From a bacterium (lineage in GTDB: Bacteria > Babelota > Babeliae > Babelales > JABJEI01), in NCBI GenBank assembly GCA_018663245.1, contig JABJEI010000019.1:9129-73128 (forward strand): 64,000 nt of DNA, written 5' to 3'. Positions 1 to 9,257 of the stretch are shown here, in pieces. The notes under the pieces were generated by a model. That model was not told where the DNA came from and ran no database searches. It worked only from the letters and a program-made list of their open reading frames with translations. Every line of letters begins with the position of its first letter. The stretch's first letter is position 1. A program made the translations under genes and the position numbers.

Positions 1-1504
1 TTTTTTGTATGCAACGGTTGGTAGCCGTTGGGAATGGTGCTTGTCTCGTCAGCGTCAATGGGGCGTTCCGATTCCCGCTCTAATCTGTAATTCTTGTGAC
101 CAGACGGTTCTAGATTCTGATTTGATCGCAAAAGTTGTACAAGGAATTGCAAAGCAGGGTATTGATTTTTGGTCAGAAGTATCAGTTGATGAATTGGCTC
201 CAGGGCTTGTGTGCAAAGAGTGCCAGGCAAGTGACTTCCGTAAAGAGACTGATATTCTTGATGTTTGGTTTGAGGCTGGTGTTAGTCACGAGGCTGTTTT
301 AAAAACTAATAGTGAGTTGGCTCATCCGGCTGATTTGTATCTTGAGGGTGTTGATCAACATCGCGGTTGGTTCCAGAGTTCCTTACTTTCAAGTATGGCT
401 ATAAACGGCTGTTCGCCGACCAAGGCAATTTTGAGTCACGGCTATACCGTGGATTCGCATGGCAAAAAGATGTCCAAGTCTGTTGGTAACGTTGTTACAC
501 CCAAAGAGTTGGCTGACAGAATTGGTATGGACGGTTTGCGCCTTTGGGCCGCAAGTATCGACTATGCCGGTGATGCGATTATGTCTGACGCGTTGGTTGC
601 CAATGTTAAAGAGTTATTCCGCAAGGTTCGTAACACTTGTAGATTTATGCTCTCTAATCTTTATGACTTTGATATTAAACGTGATGGTGTTGCATTTGAG
701 AAGATGCTTGAAGTTGATCTGTACGCGTTGGATGTTTTGAGTGCGTTTGATAAACGAATGCATAAAGCCTATAGCAAGATCGAATTTACGGCTGTATTTC
801 ATGAATTGGCAGATTATTGCTCCAAAGATTTAAGCTCATTTTACTTGGATGTCATTAAAGATCGTTTGTACGTTGAGCAGGCTGATGGCCTTAAGCGTCG
901 CAGCGCACAAACAGCGATGTGGCATATTTTGAATATGTTGATTCGTTTGATGGCGCCGATTATGTCGTTTACGGCTGAATCGTTATCAGATTTTTCTCAA
1001 GCAAACAAAACTGATTCTATTCATCTGCAGTTGTTTGAAAAAGCACCTGATGGATGGGTACAAGCGTACCGTGCTAGTGGCTCGCAAGATGATCAGGCGG
1101 TTTACGTTGAGCGTCATCGTCAAGCATGGTCCTACATCGTTAATCAATTGCGTCCAGCGCTTCTCAAGTCGATTGAGTTGCTGCGAGAGCAAGGAACGGT
1201 TAAGCATCCGCTAGAAGCAGCTATTACCTGCTATCTTGATCCAAAGCTATCGGAGAACGAAGAGCTTATTCAATTACTACAAACAGTTGAAAAAACAACG
1301 GGACAGTCACCAGATGACCTATTTAAGGAGCTGTGCGTTGTTTCTAAGTTCAGTTTTGTAACTGATAAGGCTGGATTGGAAGCAAGTAGTGCGAATGGGG
1401 TTTGGATTAAGATTGAGCCTATTCAGGGGACTAAGTGTCCACGATGTTGGCATCTACATATTGGCCAAGAAGAGTTATGTGAACGGTGTTCTGGACTTGT
1501 GTAA
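1..1504 (+). CDS. ileS: Isoleucyl-tRNA synthetase, C-terminal ~500 aa (gene starts upstream of the window)
   Basis: Frame is open to the window edge. Class I aaRS KMSKS loop (GKKMSKSVGN), helical anticodon-binding region, and C-terminal Zn finger CPRCWH..CERC as in bacterial IleRS. Confidence 0.93.
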   Translation, partial: FLYATVGSRWEWCLSRQRQWGVPIPALICNSCDQTVLDSDLIAKVVQGIAKQGIDFWSEVSVDELAPGLVCKECQASDFRKETDILDVWFEAGVSHEAVLKTNSELAHPADLYLEGVDQHRGWFQSSLLSSMAINGCSPTKAILSHGYTVDSHGKKMSKSVGNVVTPKELADRIGMDGLRLWAASIDYAGDAIMSDALVANVKELFRKVRNTCRFMLSNLYDFDIKRDGVAFEKMLEVDLYALDVLSAFDKRMHKAYSKIEFTAVFHELADYCSKDLSSFYLDVIKDRLYVEQADGLKRRSAQTAMWHILNMLIRLMAPIMSFTAESLSDFSQANKTDSIHLQLFEKAPDGWVQAYRASGSQDDQAVYVERHRQAWSYIVNQLRPALLKSIELLREQGTVKHPLEAAITCYLDPKLSENEELIQLLQTVEKTTGQSPDDLFKELCVVSKFSFVTDKAGLEASSANGVWIKIEPIQGTKCPRCWHLHIGQEELCERCSGLV

Positions 1505-1636
1505 AGGCCTCTAATACTTATAACTTTGTTTTACTACTAATCTTTTCGTTAGGGGCTTTGTACCAAGTCCCTAACAACCCTCACTCTTACAAATCTATCT
1601 TTAATTTTTTTCCCTTTCTTGCATGTCCTCCTTGTC

Positions 1637-1750
1637 CAGCGTAGACGGATCGAGCTAACTTTCATGCTTTGTTTTCTTACAAGCAAATATCTAAATTTTT
1701 AGCGAGGGGTTGCTTCCGTCTTCGCAAAAGGCTTCGCAGGCCAGGCAAGG
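1637..1750. repeat. Copy of the dispersed modular intergenic repeat family (other loci at ~16.57, 32.2-32.6, 48.2-48.8, 52.7-52.9 kb)
   Basis: Shares the blocks gacggatcgagcta, tttttagcgaggggttgc and ccgtcttcgc..aaggcttcgcaggccaggcaagg with the other loci, in direct or reverse-complement orientation. Confidence 0.75.
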
Positions 1751-1862
1751 AATGGGTTCTTTAGGGTTGATGGGGACTTTTACTTAATTTGATTTTTCGG
1801 ACAAGTTCTAAGCAAGAAGACAAAGAAAAAATAAAAGAATATTTATTTTTAAGAAGAGTGGT

Positions 1863-1884
1863 TAGGGGCCCGTCCGGGCCCCTA
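1863..1884. terminator. GC-rich hairpin between convergent ileS and the 930-aa gene
   Basis: aggggcccg-tc-cgggcccct forms a 9-bp perfect stem about 13 nt past the minus-strand stop codon. There is no clean U-tract. Confidence 0.45.
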
Positions 1885-1896
1885 GTGAATGACTAT

Positions 1897-4689
1897 TTAC
1901 GAGAATATATTCTTTGCTTTGCTTATCCAGCGCCAGAAAAATGAACTAACTCCACCTTGGCCAAAAATATTCTGTTGAATAGAATGAATTAGTTTTTGCT
2001 CATCTACTGTTTTTTCAGAAATTTTTTCAAGTGCTTTAAATACTTTCCCTAGATTGTCAGAGAGCTTTTTGTTTACGATGTACAACTTTGTACGCTCATC
2101 TGTTGAAAAGCCTATGATTTTAGCATCTGAAGGGTCTAGCGTATCGAGAATATCGGCAATAGGTTTGAGTGTTTTCAAAAGGATGCTTGGTTTGCTTGAT
2201 GATTCACTGACAATGAACGCCTTTGCCTTTTTGTATTCATCAGTAGTGGTGTCGGTAGTAAACCAACCCGGTTTGAGTTGGGCAACTGCATCTTTTACTG
2301 CTTCAACAATGATGTGTGAATTTCCATCTTTATAGTAATCGAAAGATATCTGACTTAATTCTGGGGTCAGTTTAGTAAGTTCGGCTTGCATGTCAGAAGT
2401 CTTAACGAAGAGCTTGGAAGCTTTTTCTGGTACAAGGTTTTTTAGCTCATTTATGAGTTCGATCATTCCATCTTTAATATTTTGAGGATCACTTTTTGGG
2501 GGAATCTTATTGGCTATTTCCTCTAAGAGATTGATGACATCTTTGTGCTTGGCAAGAATTTGAGTCTTGTAAGCATTACGTTCGGCGTCTGTTTTGATGT
2601 TAATTTTGAGCTGATTAACTGCTTTATTGATTTCAACAAGATTAGGTAACATGAGGTTAACAAGATTTTGAAGTTCTGCTTCTGTTTTTATTGCAGGTGT
2701 GGATTTTACAATTTTATCAATTTCACTCATCTGAGAATCAATGTAATTGATCAACTCTGGTACAGACATAGGCTCAGTTGATGGTCCACGGCGAGTTTGC
2801 GGCTCACGTAGGGGTTCTAGGGATTCTGTTCGTGGCTTCTCAACGAGCACTGCCGTTACTGACTTAATCATCTGGTAAAGTTGCTGTGAAGCATTCTGCT
2901 TGTCTGCGGGCATCTTTGTTGGTGGTACTTTAACTTCCAGGGCTTTTTCTATCTGTTGTAGTTGATCAATTATTGCGCTGTGCTTTTTGAGAATATTGTT
3001 CCAGCGTTTCTGGTACTGTTTCTTGAGGTTTTTGTCTGATTGAGCTGAAATAGCATGATGAACGGCGCTTGCGTTGTACGTGATACCTTCAATGTTGAGT
3101 TGCTCTGCAAAAGCTGTTTTTATGCTCTCAATGTTTTTGCCACCATTGACGTCTTGAAGCATGCTGCTTTTATTTGTCTTGGTGTAGGTGCTCATGTAGC
3201 TTTCGATGCCCTTTAGCTGCTCATTAACAAGTTCGATAGCGCGAGTTATCTGATCATGATTTTCAGATTGCTTTACCTTATCGCCATCCTTGGCTTGAGA
3301 GTATTGCTTTTTTGGTTCATCTTCGCTTGGGCTATCGGTCTTGGTTCGGCTTGGGTAGTCACGTGAATCATCTTGGTATCTACCGTAGTCACTGTAATCA
3401 GGGTATCCGTCATAATCGCTTTCACGTTCATGACTACGGTCACCTAAATAATCGTTTGAGTCGTAGTTCCCCAGATCACCTGGACTATGGCTAACTCCTC
3501 GATGCTTGCTTATGCGAGCGAGGTCTTGCTGGGCTTTTTTTACAATTTTTTCTACTTCTTTACGAATGGCTAAAGCTTTAGGCTCGTATGATTTGAAAAA
3601 CTGTTCTAGTTTTTCGATCAATCCGTTCTCGATAAAGATGGTTTCAAGCTTTTGTGCAAGAGCTGTTAGAGCATCTTTGGCAATGCTACTAAGTTTGTAG
3701 CCGGCCATGTTGCGTGCAAGTTGTTGGTCAACAGCGGCTTTTTCGGCAGGGTCACTTAGAGTGTCGTAAGCTTCTTTGTACAGGCGCATTGAGCGTGCTG
3801 CATTTTTAATTTCTTGGTCTATAGCTTTTTGAGTGTAGTTTTTGGCCTTTAGATCTTTTGTTATCTCTTGCGATGATAACTTGTTCTTGAGCGACTCAAA
3901 CTGCTGTTTGATTTCATCTTGAGTTGCATTGTATTGTAAGGCCAGTATTGCGTACGGGTCATCTTCATCTGTACTAGGTTGTGCCCATTCAACAGCAGAC
4001 TCATACTTGTTTAGTATCGTTGCGAGCTCTTCAATAAGCTGGTGTAGCGGCTCTGATTCTTTGCCTTGTAACTCTTTGATTAAGCGTGGATCTAGCAATA
4101 CGCGTAGGTATGAATTTACCAGCATCAACGATGAGTCCATCGCAATAAGTTCTGCTGCAATTTCGTCGTGTATTGAGGCTTTGTGCTGAAGGTTTGAAAT
4201 GTGCTTTATTGCTGACTTCAGAAGCATTTCAATTTTTATTTGGGCATTTATTGATACGCTAGGTGTAATCGTTTCTGGCTGTTCATCAACTTGTTCTGGC
4301 TCGTCCTGTTCTGCTTGGTGCTCTTCAATGGCTTTTTGTTCAGCTTCCAGTAGCTCAAGGGCTGCAGGGTCAAACATAGACATTGGATCAAAGCCTTTTT
4401 CTTCCCATTCCTTCATCGCTTCTTCGCCAATTTTGGCAAGTTCTTCTAAATCTTGGTCGCTTAGGCCTTCAAGGAATTCCATTAATCCTTGCAGTTCTTC
4501 TTCGCTGATTTGCTGATTCATTCCCATGGGCATTCCAGCGATATCTCCTGGAGCAGTAGCGGGCATGCTAAACTGGCTTGTTGGAGCGGCGTTACCAGCG
4601 CCTGGAGAACTGAGTAGGGGTGTTGCGGTAATCAACAGAATGCAGGTACTGATACAGGTAAAAATTTTTCTTAACATATTTGAATCCAT
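1897..4689 (-). CDS. Secreted 930-aa protein with an HPD-less J-like domain and an acidic/Tyr-rich low-complexity segment
   Basis: N-terminal signal peptide (MLRKIFTCISTCILLITATPLLSSPGAG). Residues ~243-325 (DDPYAILALQYNATQDEIKQQF...LYKEAYDTLSDPAEKAAVDQQL) match J-domain helices I-II and III-IV. The HPD loop is replaced by a longer insert. A D/Y/S-rich tract follows (YDSNDYLGDRSHERESDYDGYPDYSDYGRYQDD). Confidence 0.7.
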   Translation of the reverse strand: MDSNMLRKIFTCISTCILLITATPLLSSPGAGNAAPTSQFSMPATAPGDIAGMPMGMNQQISEEELQGLMEFLEGLSDQDLEELAKIGEEAMKEWEEKGFDPMSMFDPAALELLEAEQKAIEEHQAEQDEPEQVDEQPETITPSVSINAQIKIEMLLKSAIKHISNLQHKASIHDEIAAELIAMDSSLMLVNSYLRVLLDPRLIKELQGKESEPLHQLIEELATILNKYESAVEWAQPSTDEDDPYAILALQYNATQDEIKQQFESLKNKLSSQEITKDLKAKNYTQKAIDQEIKNAARSMRLYKEAYDTLSDPAEKAAVDQQLARNMAGYKLSSIAKDALTALAQKLETIFIENGLIEKLEQFFKSYEPKALAIRKEVEKIVKKAQQDLARISKHRGVSHSPGDLGNYDSNDYLGDRSHERESDYDGYPDYSDYGRYQDDSRDYPSRTKTDSPSEDEPKKQYSQAKDGDKVKQSENHDQITRAIELVNEQLKGIESYMSTYTKTNKSSMLQDVNGGKNIESIKTAFAEQLNIEGITYNASAVHHAISAQSDKNLKKQYQKRWNNILKKHSAIIDQLQQIEKALEVKVPPTKMPADKQNASQQLYQMIKSVTAVLVEKPRTESLEPLREPQTRRGPSTEPMSVPELINYIDSQMSEIDKIVKSTPAIKTEAELQNLVNLMLPNLVEINKAVNQLKINIKTDAERNAYKTQILAKHKDVINLLEEIANKIPPKSDPQNIKDGMIELINELKNLVPEKASKLFVKTSDMQAELTKLTPELSQISFDYYKDGNSHIIVEAVKDAVAQLKPGWFTTDTTTDEYKKAKAFIVSESSSKPSILLKTLKPIADILDTLDPSDAKIIGFSTDERTKLYIVNKKLSDNLGKVFKALEKISEKTVDEQKLIHSIQQNIFGQGGVSSFFWRWISKAKNIFS

Positions 4690-4804
4690 GTCTTAAGTTA
4701 CCAAAGTTTAATCGGGATACTCTTTTGTTCGGATCATGTCTTTTTGTACGATTTGGTTACGGAACGAGTATAAACGTGATTAGTCCAAATCGGTAAGGTT
4801 TTTT

Positions 4805-5005
4805 GTGTACAAACGCAGTATACCACAGCAAGCAGGCTTTATGTTAATGGAGGTGCTTGTCGCATGTACAGTATTAGCGATGCTGGCGATATTTTTGGGC
4901 TCTTGGATGGTCAAGATAAATACAGCGTATTTACAGCTTGACCGAACTCTGCATCAGCCATCACAGCCGCTCGCAAGTGGTATTGGTAAACGGTTTGTTA
5001 GATGA
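4805..5005 (+). CDS. Type IV pilin / T2SS pseudopilin-like protein (66 aa)
   Basis: GTG start. Prepilin-type N-terminal motif QAG/FMLMEVLVA (Gly-1, Phe+1, Glu+5) followed by a hydrophobic helix. Confidence 0.65.
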   Translation: MYKRSIPQQAGFMLMEVLVACTVLAMLAIFLGSWMVKINTAYLQLDRTLHQPSQPLASGIGKRFVR

Positions 5006-5026
5006 GGTTTGTTACGCAGGAATGGA

Positions 5027-5539
5027 ATGCAAAAAAATAAAGCTGGTTTTTGTTTGATGAACGTGGCGATTTATCTCGCGCTCCTTACATTGCTGTGTTT
5101 ATTTAGCGCACGATTGCTGGTACGTGCCACACAGGAATTAACTTTGCTTGTAAATCAAGTTCCGATTAAATCGGACATGTTGTGTGCTTACGATCTGTTT
5201 GAGCGCGACTGTTCGCAGGCTCCTGCGGGCGCATCAGCCTGGGTTCAGGCTAAAGAGCATTCGCTTGTTTGGAAAGTTGGGAATGATATTTGTCGAGGGT
5301 GGTGTTTTAAAAAAGGTTCGTTATTCCGACGTCGTGGCAAATTTAATCAGAAAAAAGGAACCTGGTCCAGAGGTTCTTCATCTTTGTTGGCAAATGGCTT
5401 GGATGATGTTCGCTTTGCTGTGTATCATGACCAGCAAGGTAATGAATTTTTGTCACATGTTGCCTGTTGGATGATAGCCGGTGGGGTGAAGACAAAGCGT
5501 CTAGTGAGGATCAGCAATGGCCGTTATTACACACACTAA
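5027..5539 (+). CDS. Pseudopilin-like protein with degenerate prepilin motif (170 aa)
   Basis: MQKNKAG/FCLMNVAIYLALLTLL has a G-F cleavage-like site plus a hydrophobic helix, with Asn instead of Glu at +5. AGGA lies 5 nt upstream of the ATG at 5027; the tracked ORF starts at the TTG at 5009. Confidence 0.55.
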   Translation: MQKNKAGFCLMNVAIYLALLTLLCLFSARLLVRATQELTLLVNQVPIKSDMLCAYDLFERDCSQAPAGASAWVQAKEHSLVWKVGNDICRGWCFKKGSLFRRRGKFNQKKGTWSRGSSSLLANGLDDVRFAVYHDQQGNEFLSHVACWMIAGGVKTKRLVRISNGRYYTH

Positions 5540-5921
5540 AGCTGGAACAGCACTTTTGGTTGTTATGGGTTTGACTATGGCTCTCACGGTCTTATTGAGT
5601 TCTTGCTGGCAGTTGCTAGCTCCATTGCAAGAAACAATTGCATTGCGTCGAGTGCATGTGCGGCGCGTTGGTAATACCTCTGAACTGCTCAAGCATGCTG
5701 CACAACGTGTCGCCAAAAAACAACAAACAACGCACTCCTACACACTTGACTGGCCAGAGGGTGGCAGTGGCAAGGGTAGCGTTGATATCGCTCAGGGTTC
5801 GGCTAATATATGGAACCTTAAGGTGGTCTACGATTACAAAGAGTCTAGTACCATCGGTTCCTGTACAATTACGGTTGAACCAGGTGGTGAATACGTGATT
5901 TCGAGCTGGACGGTTGGGTGA
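5517..5921 (+). CDS. Minor pseudopilin-like protein (ComGG/PilX/GspK-like N-terminus, 134 aa)
   Basis: KAGTALLVVMGLTMALTVLL N-terminus. GAGGA lies 6 nt upstream of the ATG. Overlaps the preceding gene by 23 nt. Confidence 0.5.
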   Translation: MAVITHTKAGTALLVVMGLTMALTVLLSSCWQLLAPLQETIALRRVHVRRVGNTSELLKHAAQRVAKKQQTTHSYTLDWPEGGSGKGSVDIAQGSANIWNLKVVYDYKESSTIGSCTITVEPGGEYVISSWTVG

Positions 5922-7237
5922 AGCGGTACAACTGGTTGCTGGTCTCTTTGAGTGCGGTTATTTACCATGTTGCGACATTGGGCTTTTTATCTTTGCCTTT
6001 GATGTTTTTTTCTTTTGTTCTGCTTGCGTGCTGCTCGCACAATTCCCGTACGTCGTTGCGCTATCAAGTTTTGTGGGGCATTGTTTTTTTTGTGTGCCAT
6101 TTTGCATGCCTGTTCCCTGCGCTGAATATTTTGCCTGGCACATTTCAAATTAATATTGCAATTCTTGGTTTGATTGTTGCTTGTACTGTATTTTATTTGG
6201 CTTGTTGGTTTTGGCTTGTTAATCGTATGTTTGTCTGGGCTGGTTCATCTGAGCGAGTTCGATTAGCCGGTCTGTTTGTTATGGGTTGGGCGATGTGGTG
6301 GTGGCTGAGCTCAAGGTATCTTTTTGCATTATTTCATCCTTCGATGGGTTATCCGTTTGTAAATCCACTAATAACGTTTATTGACCTTCCAAGTATGTTG
6401 GGTGTCATTTCTTGGTCTGGTGAGCTTGTTCTGCTGTTTGCGTTGATGACAATTTGTTGGTGCTGTTCTCGGGTGTTGCGTGATCAAAGTTTAATGGCGC
6501 TGTTGGTTGGTACATTTGCTTTACTTTTGTTCTTGGTTGGACCCTGTGTGAGGCTTAGTGTTGATAAGACAACGTTTGTACCTGATCTGCACTGTACGGG
6601 TGTAGTTTGTGTACCTGATTTGCCGTTACACGATGCTGTTGAATCGTTATGTAGGCTTCTTGATCAGATAGCAGTAGACAACCCAGCTTGTCGTCTGGTT
6701 GTGGCTCCTGAGTCGACAATCAAAGCTCCTATTAATCTGTATTCAAGCTGCATCGACAAAATTGCAATGCATCTTGAGGGTAGGGTGTTACTGCTGGGGG
6801 CGCATAAGTCTGTGGCGGGGAATTTGTACAACTGTATGTACCTGATGAATCGCTCTGGGATTATTTGGTCAGGGAGTAAGTCGGTGTTACTGCCGGCTTT
6901 TGAAAAATCTGTGTATGGGTTGTTTCTTAGTAAGAATCGTTTGTGTGCTGCGCGAGGTGCAAAAACCTGTTGCCCAATTGCACAATATCGATATGTACCG
7001 TTGATATGTTCGGAGTTCTTGTTGGAAATCGCTAAAATAAATCTTGATGATGCAGATGGAATTGTAACAATAATAAACGATTCATGGTTTGCAAAAACCG
7101 CCTACGTTGGCTGGTTTAGGCAGTATGCACGGTATCGTAGTATTCGTGATGATATTCCTGTTTTATACTGCTCTCATACAACAACAGCAATGTTTATGCC
7201 TTTGGGTAATAAGCTCTTATTTACAACGCTTTGTTGA
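5918..7237 (+). CDS. lnt: Apolipoprotein N-acyltransferase-like protein (polytopic N-terminus plus CN-hydrolase domain)
   Basis: Multiple N-terminal TM helices. Candidate Glu-Lys-Cys triad context: VVAPEST, KSVLLPAFEK, PLICSEF (compare WPE / K..PFGE / CYE of Lnt). The GTG start overlaps the upstream stop (GTGA). Confidence 0.55.
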   Translation: MKRYNWLLVSLSAVIYHVATLGFLSLPLMFFSFVLLACCSHNSRTSLRYQVLWGIVFFVCHFACLFPALNILPGTFQINIAILGLIVACTVFYLACWFWLVNRMFVWAGSSERVRLAGLFVMGWAMWWWLSSRYLFALFHPSMGYPFVNPLITFIDLPSMLGVISWSGELVLLFALMTICWCCSRVLRDQSLMALLVGTFALLLFLVGPCVRLSVDKTTFVPDLHCTGVVCVPDLPLHDAVESLCRLLDQIAVDNPACRLVVAPESTIKAPINLYSSCIDKIAMHLEGRVLLLGAHKSVAGNLYNCMYLMNRSGIIWSGSKSVLLPAFEKSVYGLFLSKNRLCAARGAKTCCPIAQYRYVPLICSEFLLEIAKINLDDADGIVTIINDSWFAKTAYVGWFRQYARYRSIRDDIPVLYCSHTTTAMFMPLGNKLLFTTLC

Positions 7238-7340
7238 TAGTCGGGTATTTTACTTATTCATTTTTTGTTTATACTTGAGATCAGAATCCTTATGGGCGCA
7301 TAATCCCTATGGATGCATATTTTTTTGTAAAGGATTTATC

Positions 7341-7784
7341 ATGCAAGTATTTCTCATAAAAGATGTTATTGGAATTGGCTTTGAGGGCCAAATCGTCAAG
7401 GTCAAGGATGGCCTTGCTCGCAACCTACTTATTCCCAAGGGCCAAGCGGTCCAGATTACACGGCAAAATGAAGCTATGTATCGGGGTAAAGAGTGCAAAG
7501 TTGTGCGAGTGAAAGAGGGCATTTCGAGCAAGACATCAATGTTGGCCGAAACAATCAGAAGCTCTAACATAATTATCAAAAAGCGAGCACACGATGGTGG
7601 CTTGTTGTACGCGGCAATTCGTTCTAACGAAGTAATAGAAGCGCTAGATAAAGCTGGAATAAAGGTTAAAAAGAGTCAAATTGTTTTTGATAAGTCGGTT
7701 AAAAAGTGTGGCATTCATAAAGTAACGGTGCGTTTGTCATCAACACTTATGGCACAATTTACGCTTACAATTAAACCTGAATAA
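7341..7784 (+). CDS. rplI: 50S ribosomal protein L9
   Basis: MQVFLIKDVIGIGFEGQIVKVKDGLARNLLIPKGQAV matches the conserved L9 N-terminal domain. The tracked ORF (from 7089) carries a non-homologous 84-codon extension. Confidence 0.9.
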   Translation: MQVFLIKDVIGIGFEGQIVKVKDGLARNLLIPKGQAVQITRQNEAMYRGKECKVVRVKEGISSKTSMLAETIRSSNIIIKKRAHDGGLLYAAIRSNEVIEALDKAGIKVKKSQIVFDKSVKKCGIHKVTVRLSSTLMAQFTLTIKPE

Positions 7785-7815
7785 ACGTTTCAGGGAATAA
7801 GGAGCGATAATTTCT

Positions 7816-9198
7816 GTGCGCAAGGCAAAGCATCAAGAGTATGCACGAATCAGCCGACTCGACCAAACAGAAAAAACTTTAGGCAGACGTCTGCCCTTTA
7901 GTACCGAAGCGGAACGAGCAGTTCTTAGTTCGTTGCTACTCAATGACGAGCACCTAGTGGCAGTTGTTGATCAGCTTGCTACAGAGGATTTTTACGATAA
8001 TAATTTGCGCCAGGTTTATCAGGGTGTTGTTGATATTGCTCGTTCTGGTAAGCGTTTGGACATTGTTACTCTACAGCATGAGCTTGAAAAACGAGGCTGT
8101 CTTGAAGCTATAGGTGGCATTGTATTTTTGCTTTCTTTGCAGGAAGATATTCCTTCTGTTGGCCTTGTGTTGCAGCATGTGTCAATTATTAAAGATAAAG
8201 CTATTTTGCGTGAGCTGATTGGTAGTGCTGCACAAATCATTACCAATTGCTACTCACAAGATGAAAAGGCAATTGAAGCGGTTTTGGACGATGCTGAGAA
8301 GACAATTTTCCAGATTTCGCAACGCCGAGCATCTCAAGATTTTGTTCAGATTGATATCTGGCTAAAAAAAACCTTTGAACATCTTTCTAGCATAAAGACG
8401 ATGTCTCGTGGAGTTACCGGTACGACAACGGGTTACAAAAAACTTGATCGAATGACTTCTGGTCTTCAGAAGAGTGACATGGTGGTTTTGGCTGCTCGTC
8501 CGTCGATGGGTAAAACTGGTTTGGCGCTAAGCATTGCGCGTAATGCTGTTAAAAGCGGAACGCCAGTTGGGTTTTTCTCGTTAGAGATGGCTGCAGAACA
8601 GTTGACCCTGCGTCTGCTATCAATTGAGTCAGGAATCCCTCATCACGACATTAGGACTGCCTCAGTTAAGTCGGATGACTGGGTTGTATTGACCAATGTT
8701 GCAGCACAGCTTTCGCAAATGAAGTTATTTATTGATGATACGCCAATGCAAAGCATTACCGACATCAGGGCAAAAGCTCGCAAGTTAAAAATGGATCATA
8801 ACATCGGTATGATTGTTATTGATTATTTACAACTATTGAGTGGAAGTCGTCGGTATGAGAGTCGCCATCAGGAAGTTTCTGAAATTTCGCGATCTATCAA
8901 AGCTTTAGCAAAAGAGTTAGAGATTCCAATTTTAGCACTTTCGCAACTTTCGCGTGCCGTTGATGGACGAGTCGACAAGCGACCTATGCTTTCCGACCTT
9001 CGTGAGTCTGGTGCAATTGAGCAAGATGCTGATTTAATTATGTTCTTGTATCGCGATGTGGTTTACAACAAAGATACAGAGAATCCATTTCTTACCGAGT
9101 TAATTATCGGTAAGCAGCGTAACGGTGCAACGGGCGTTGTTAACCTTCATTTTGAGGGGCCACTTATACGCTTTGAAGATTTTGATGACGAATATTAA
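7816..9198 (+). CDS. dnaB: Replicative DNA helicase DnaB
   Basis: 460 aa. N-terminal PFSTEAERAVLSSLLL. Walker A AARPSMGKTGLAL. Motifs IVIDYLQLL, ALSQLSR and RDLRESGAIEQDADLIMFLYRD. Confidence 0.95.
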   Translation: MRKAKHQEYARISRLDQTEKTLGRRLPFSTEAERAVLSSLLLNDEHLVAVVDQLATEDFYDNNLRQVYQGVVDIARSGKRLDIVTLQHELEKRGCLEAIGGIVFLLSLQEDIPSVGLVLQHVSIIKDKAILRELIGSAAQIITNCYSQDEKAIEAVLDDAEKTIFQISQRRASQDFVQIDIWLKKTFEHLSSIKTMSRGVTGTTTGYKKLDRMTSGLQKSDMVVLAARPSMGKTGLALSIARNAVKSGTPVGFFSLEMAAEQLTLRLLSIESGIPHHDIRTASVKSDDWVVLTNVAAQLSQMKLFIDDTPMQSITDIRAKARKLKMDHNIGMIVIDYLQLLSGSRRYESRHQEVSEISRSIKALAKELEIPILALSQLSRAVDGRVDKRPMLSDLRESGAIEQDADLIMFLYRDVVYNKDTENPFLTELIIGKQRNGATGVVNLHFEGPLIRFEDFDDEY

Positions 9199-9203
9199 CG
9201 GCT

Positions 9204-9226
9204 TGGCCGACTAGTCGGCCATTTTT
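9204..9226 (+). terminator. Rho-independent terminator after dnaB
   Basis: tggccgac-ta-gtcggcca stem followed by ttttt, 6 nt after the dnaB stop. Confidence 0.8.
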
Positions 9227-9257
9227 AAATAACGCGGTCTGCGTAAAGGAGTGTACG

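Noticed and set aside
5184-6153. Alternative-frame ORFs overlapping the pseudopilin and lnt-like genes (5184-5474, 5501-5716, 5638-5898, 5914-6153, 5958-6143).
   Set aside because: They are shorter than and fully nested in better-supported ORFs that carry recognisable N-terminal motifs and Shine-Dalgarno sequences.
7089-7340. An 84-codon N-terminal extension of the L9 ORF.
   Set aside because: Homology to L9 begins exactly at MQVFLIKDV (7341). The extension overlaps the lnt-like gene end and has no L9 counterpart.
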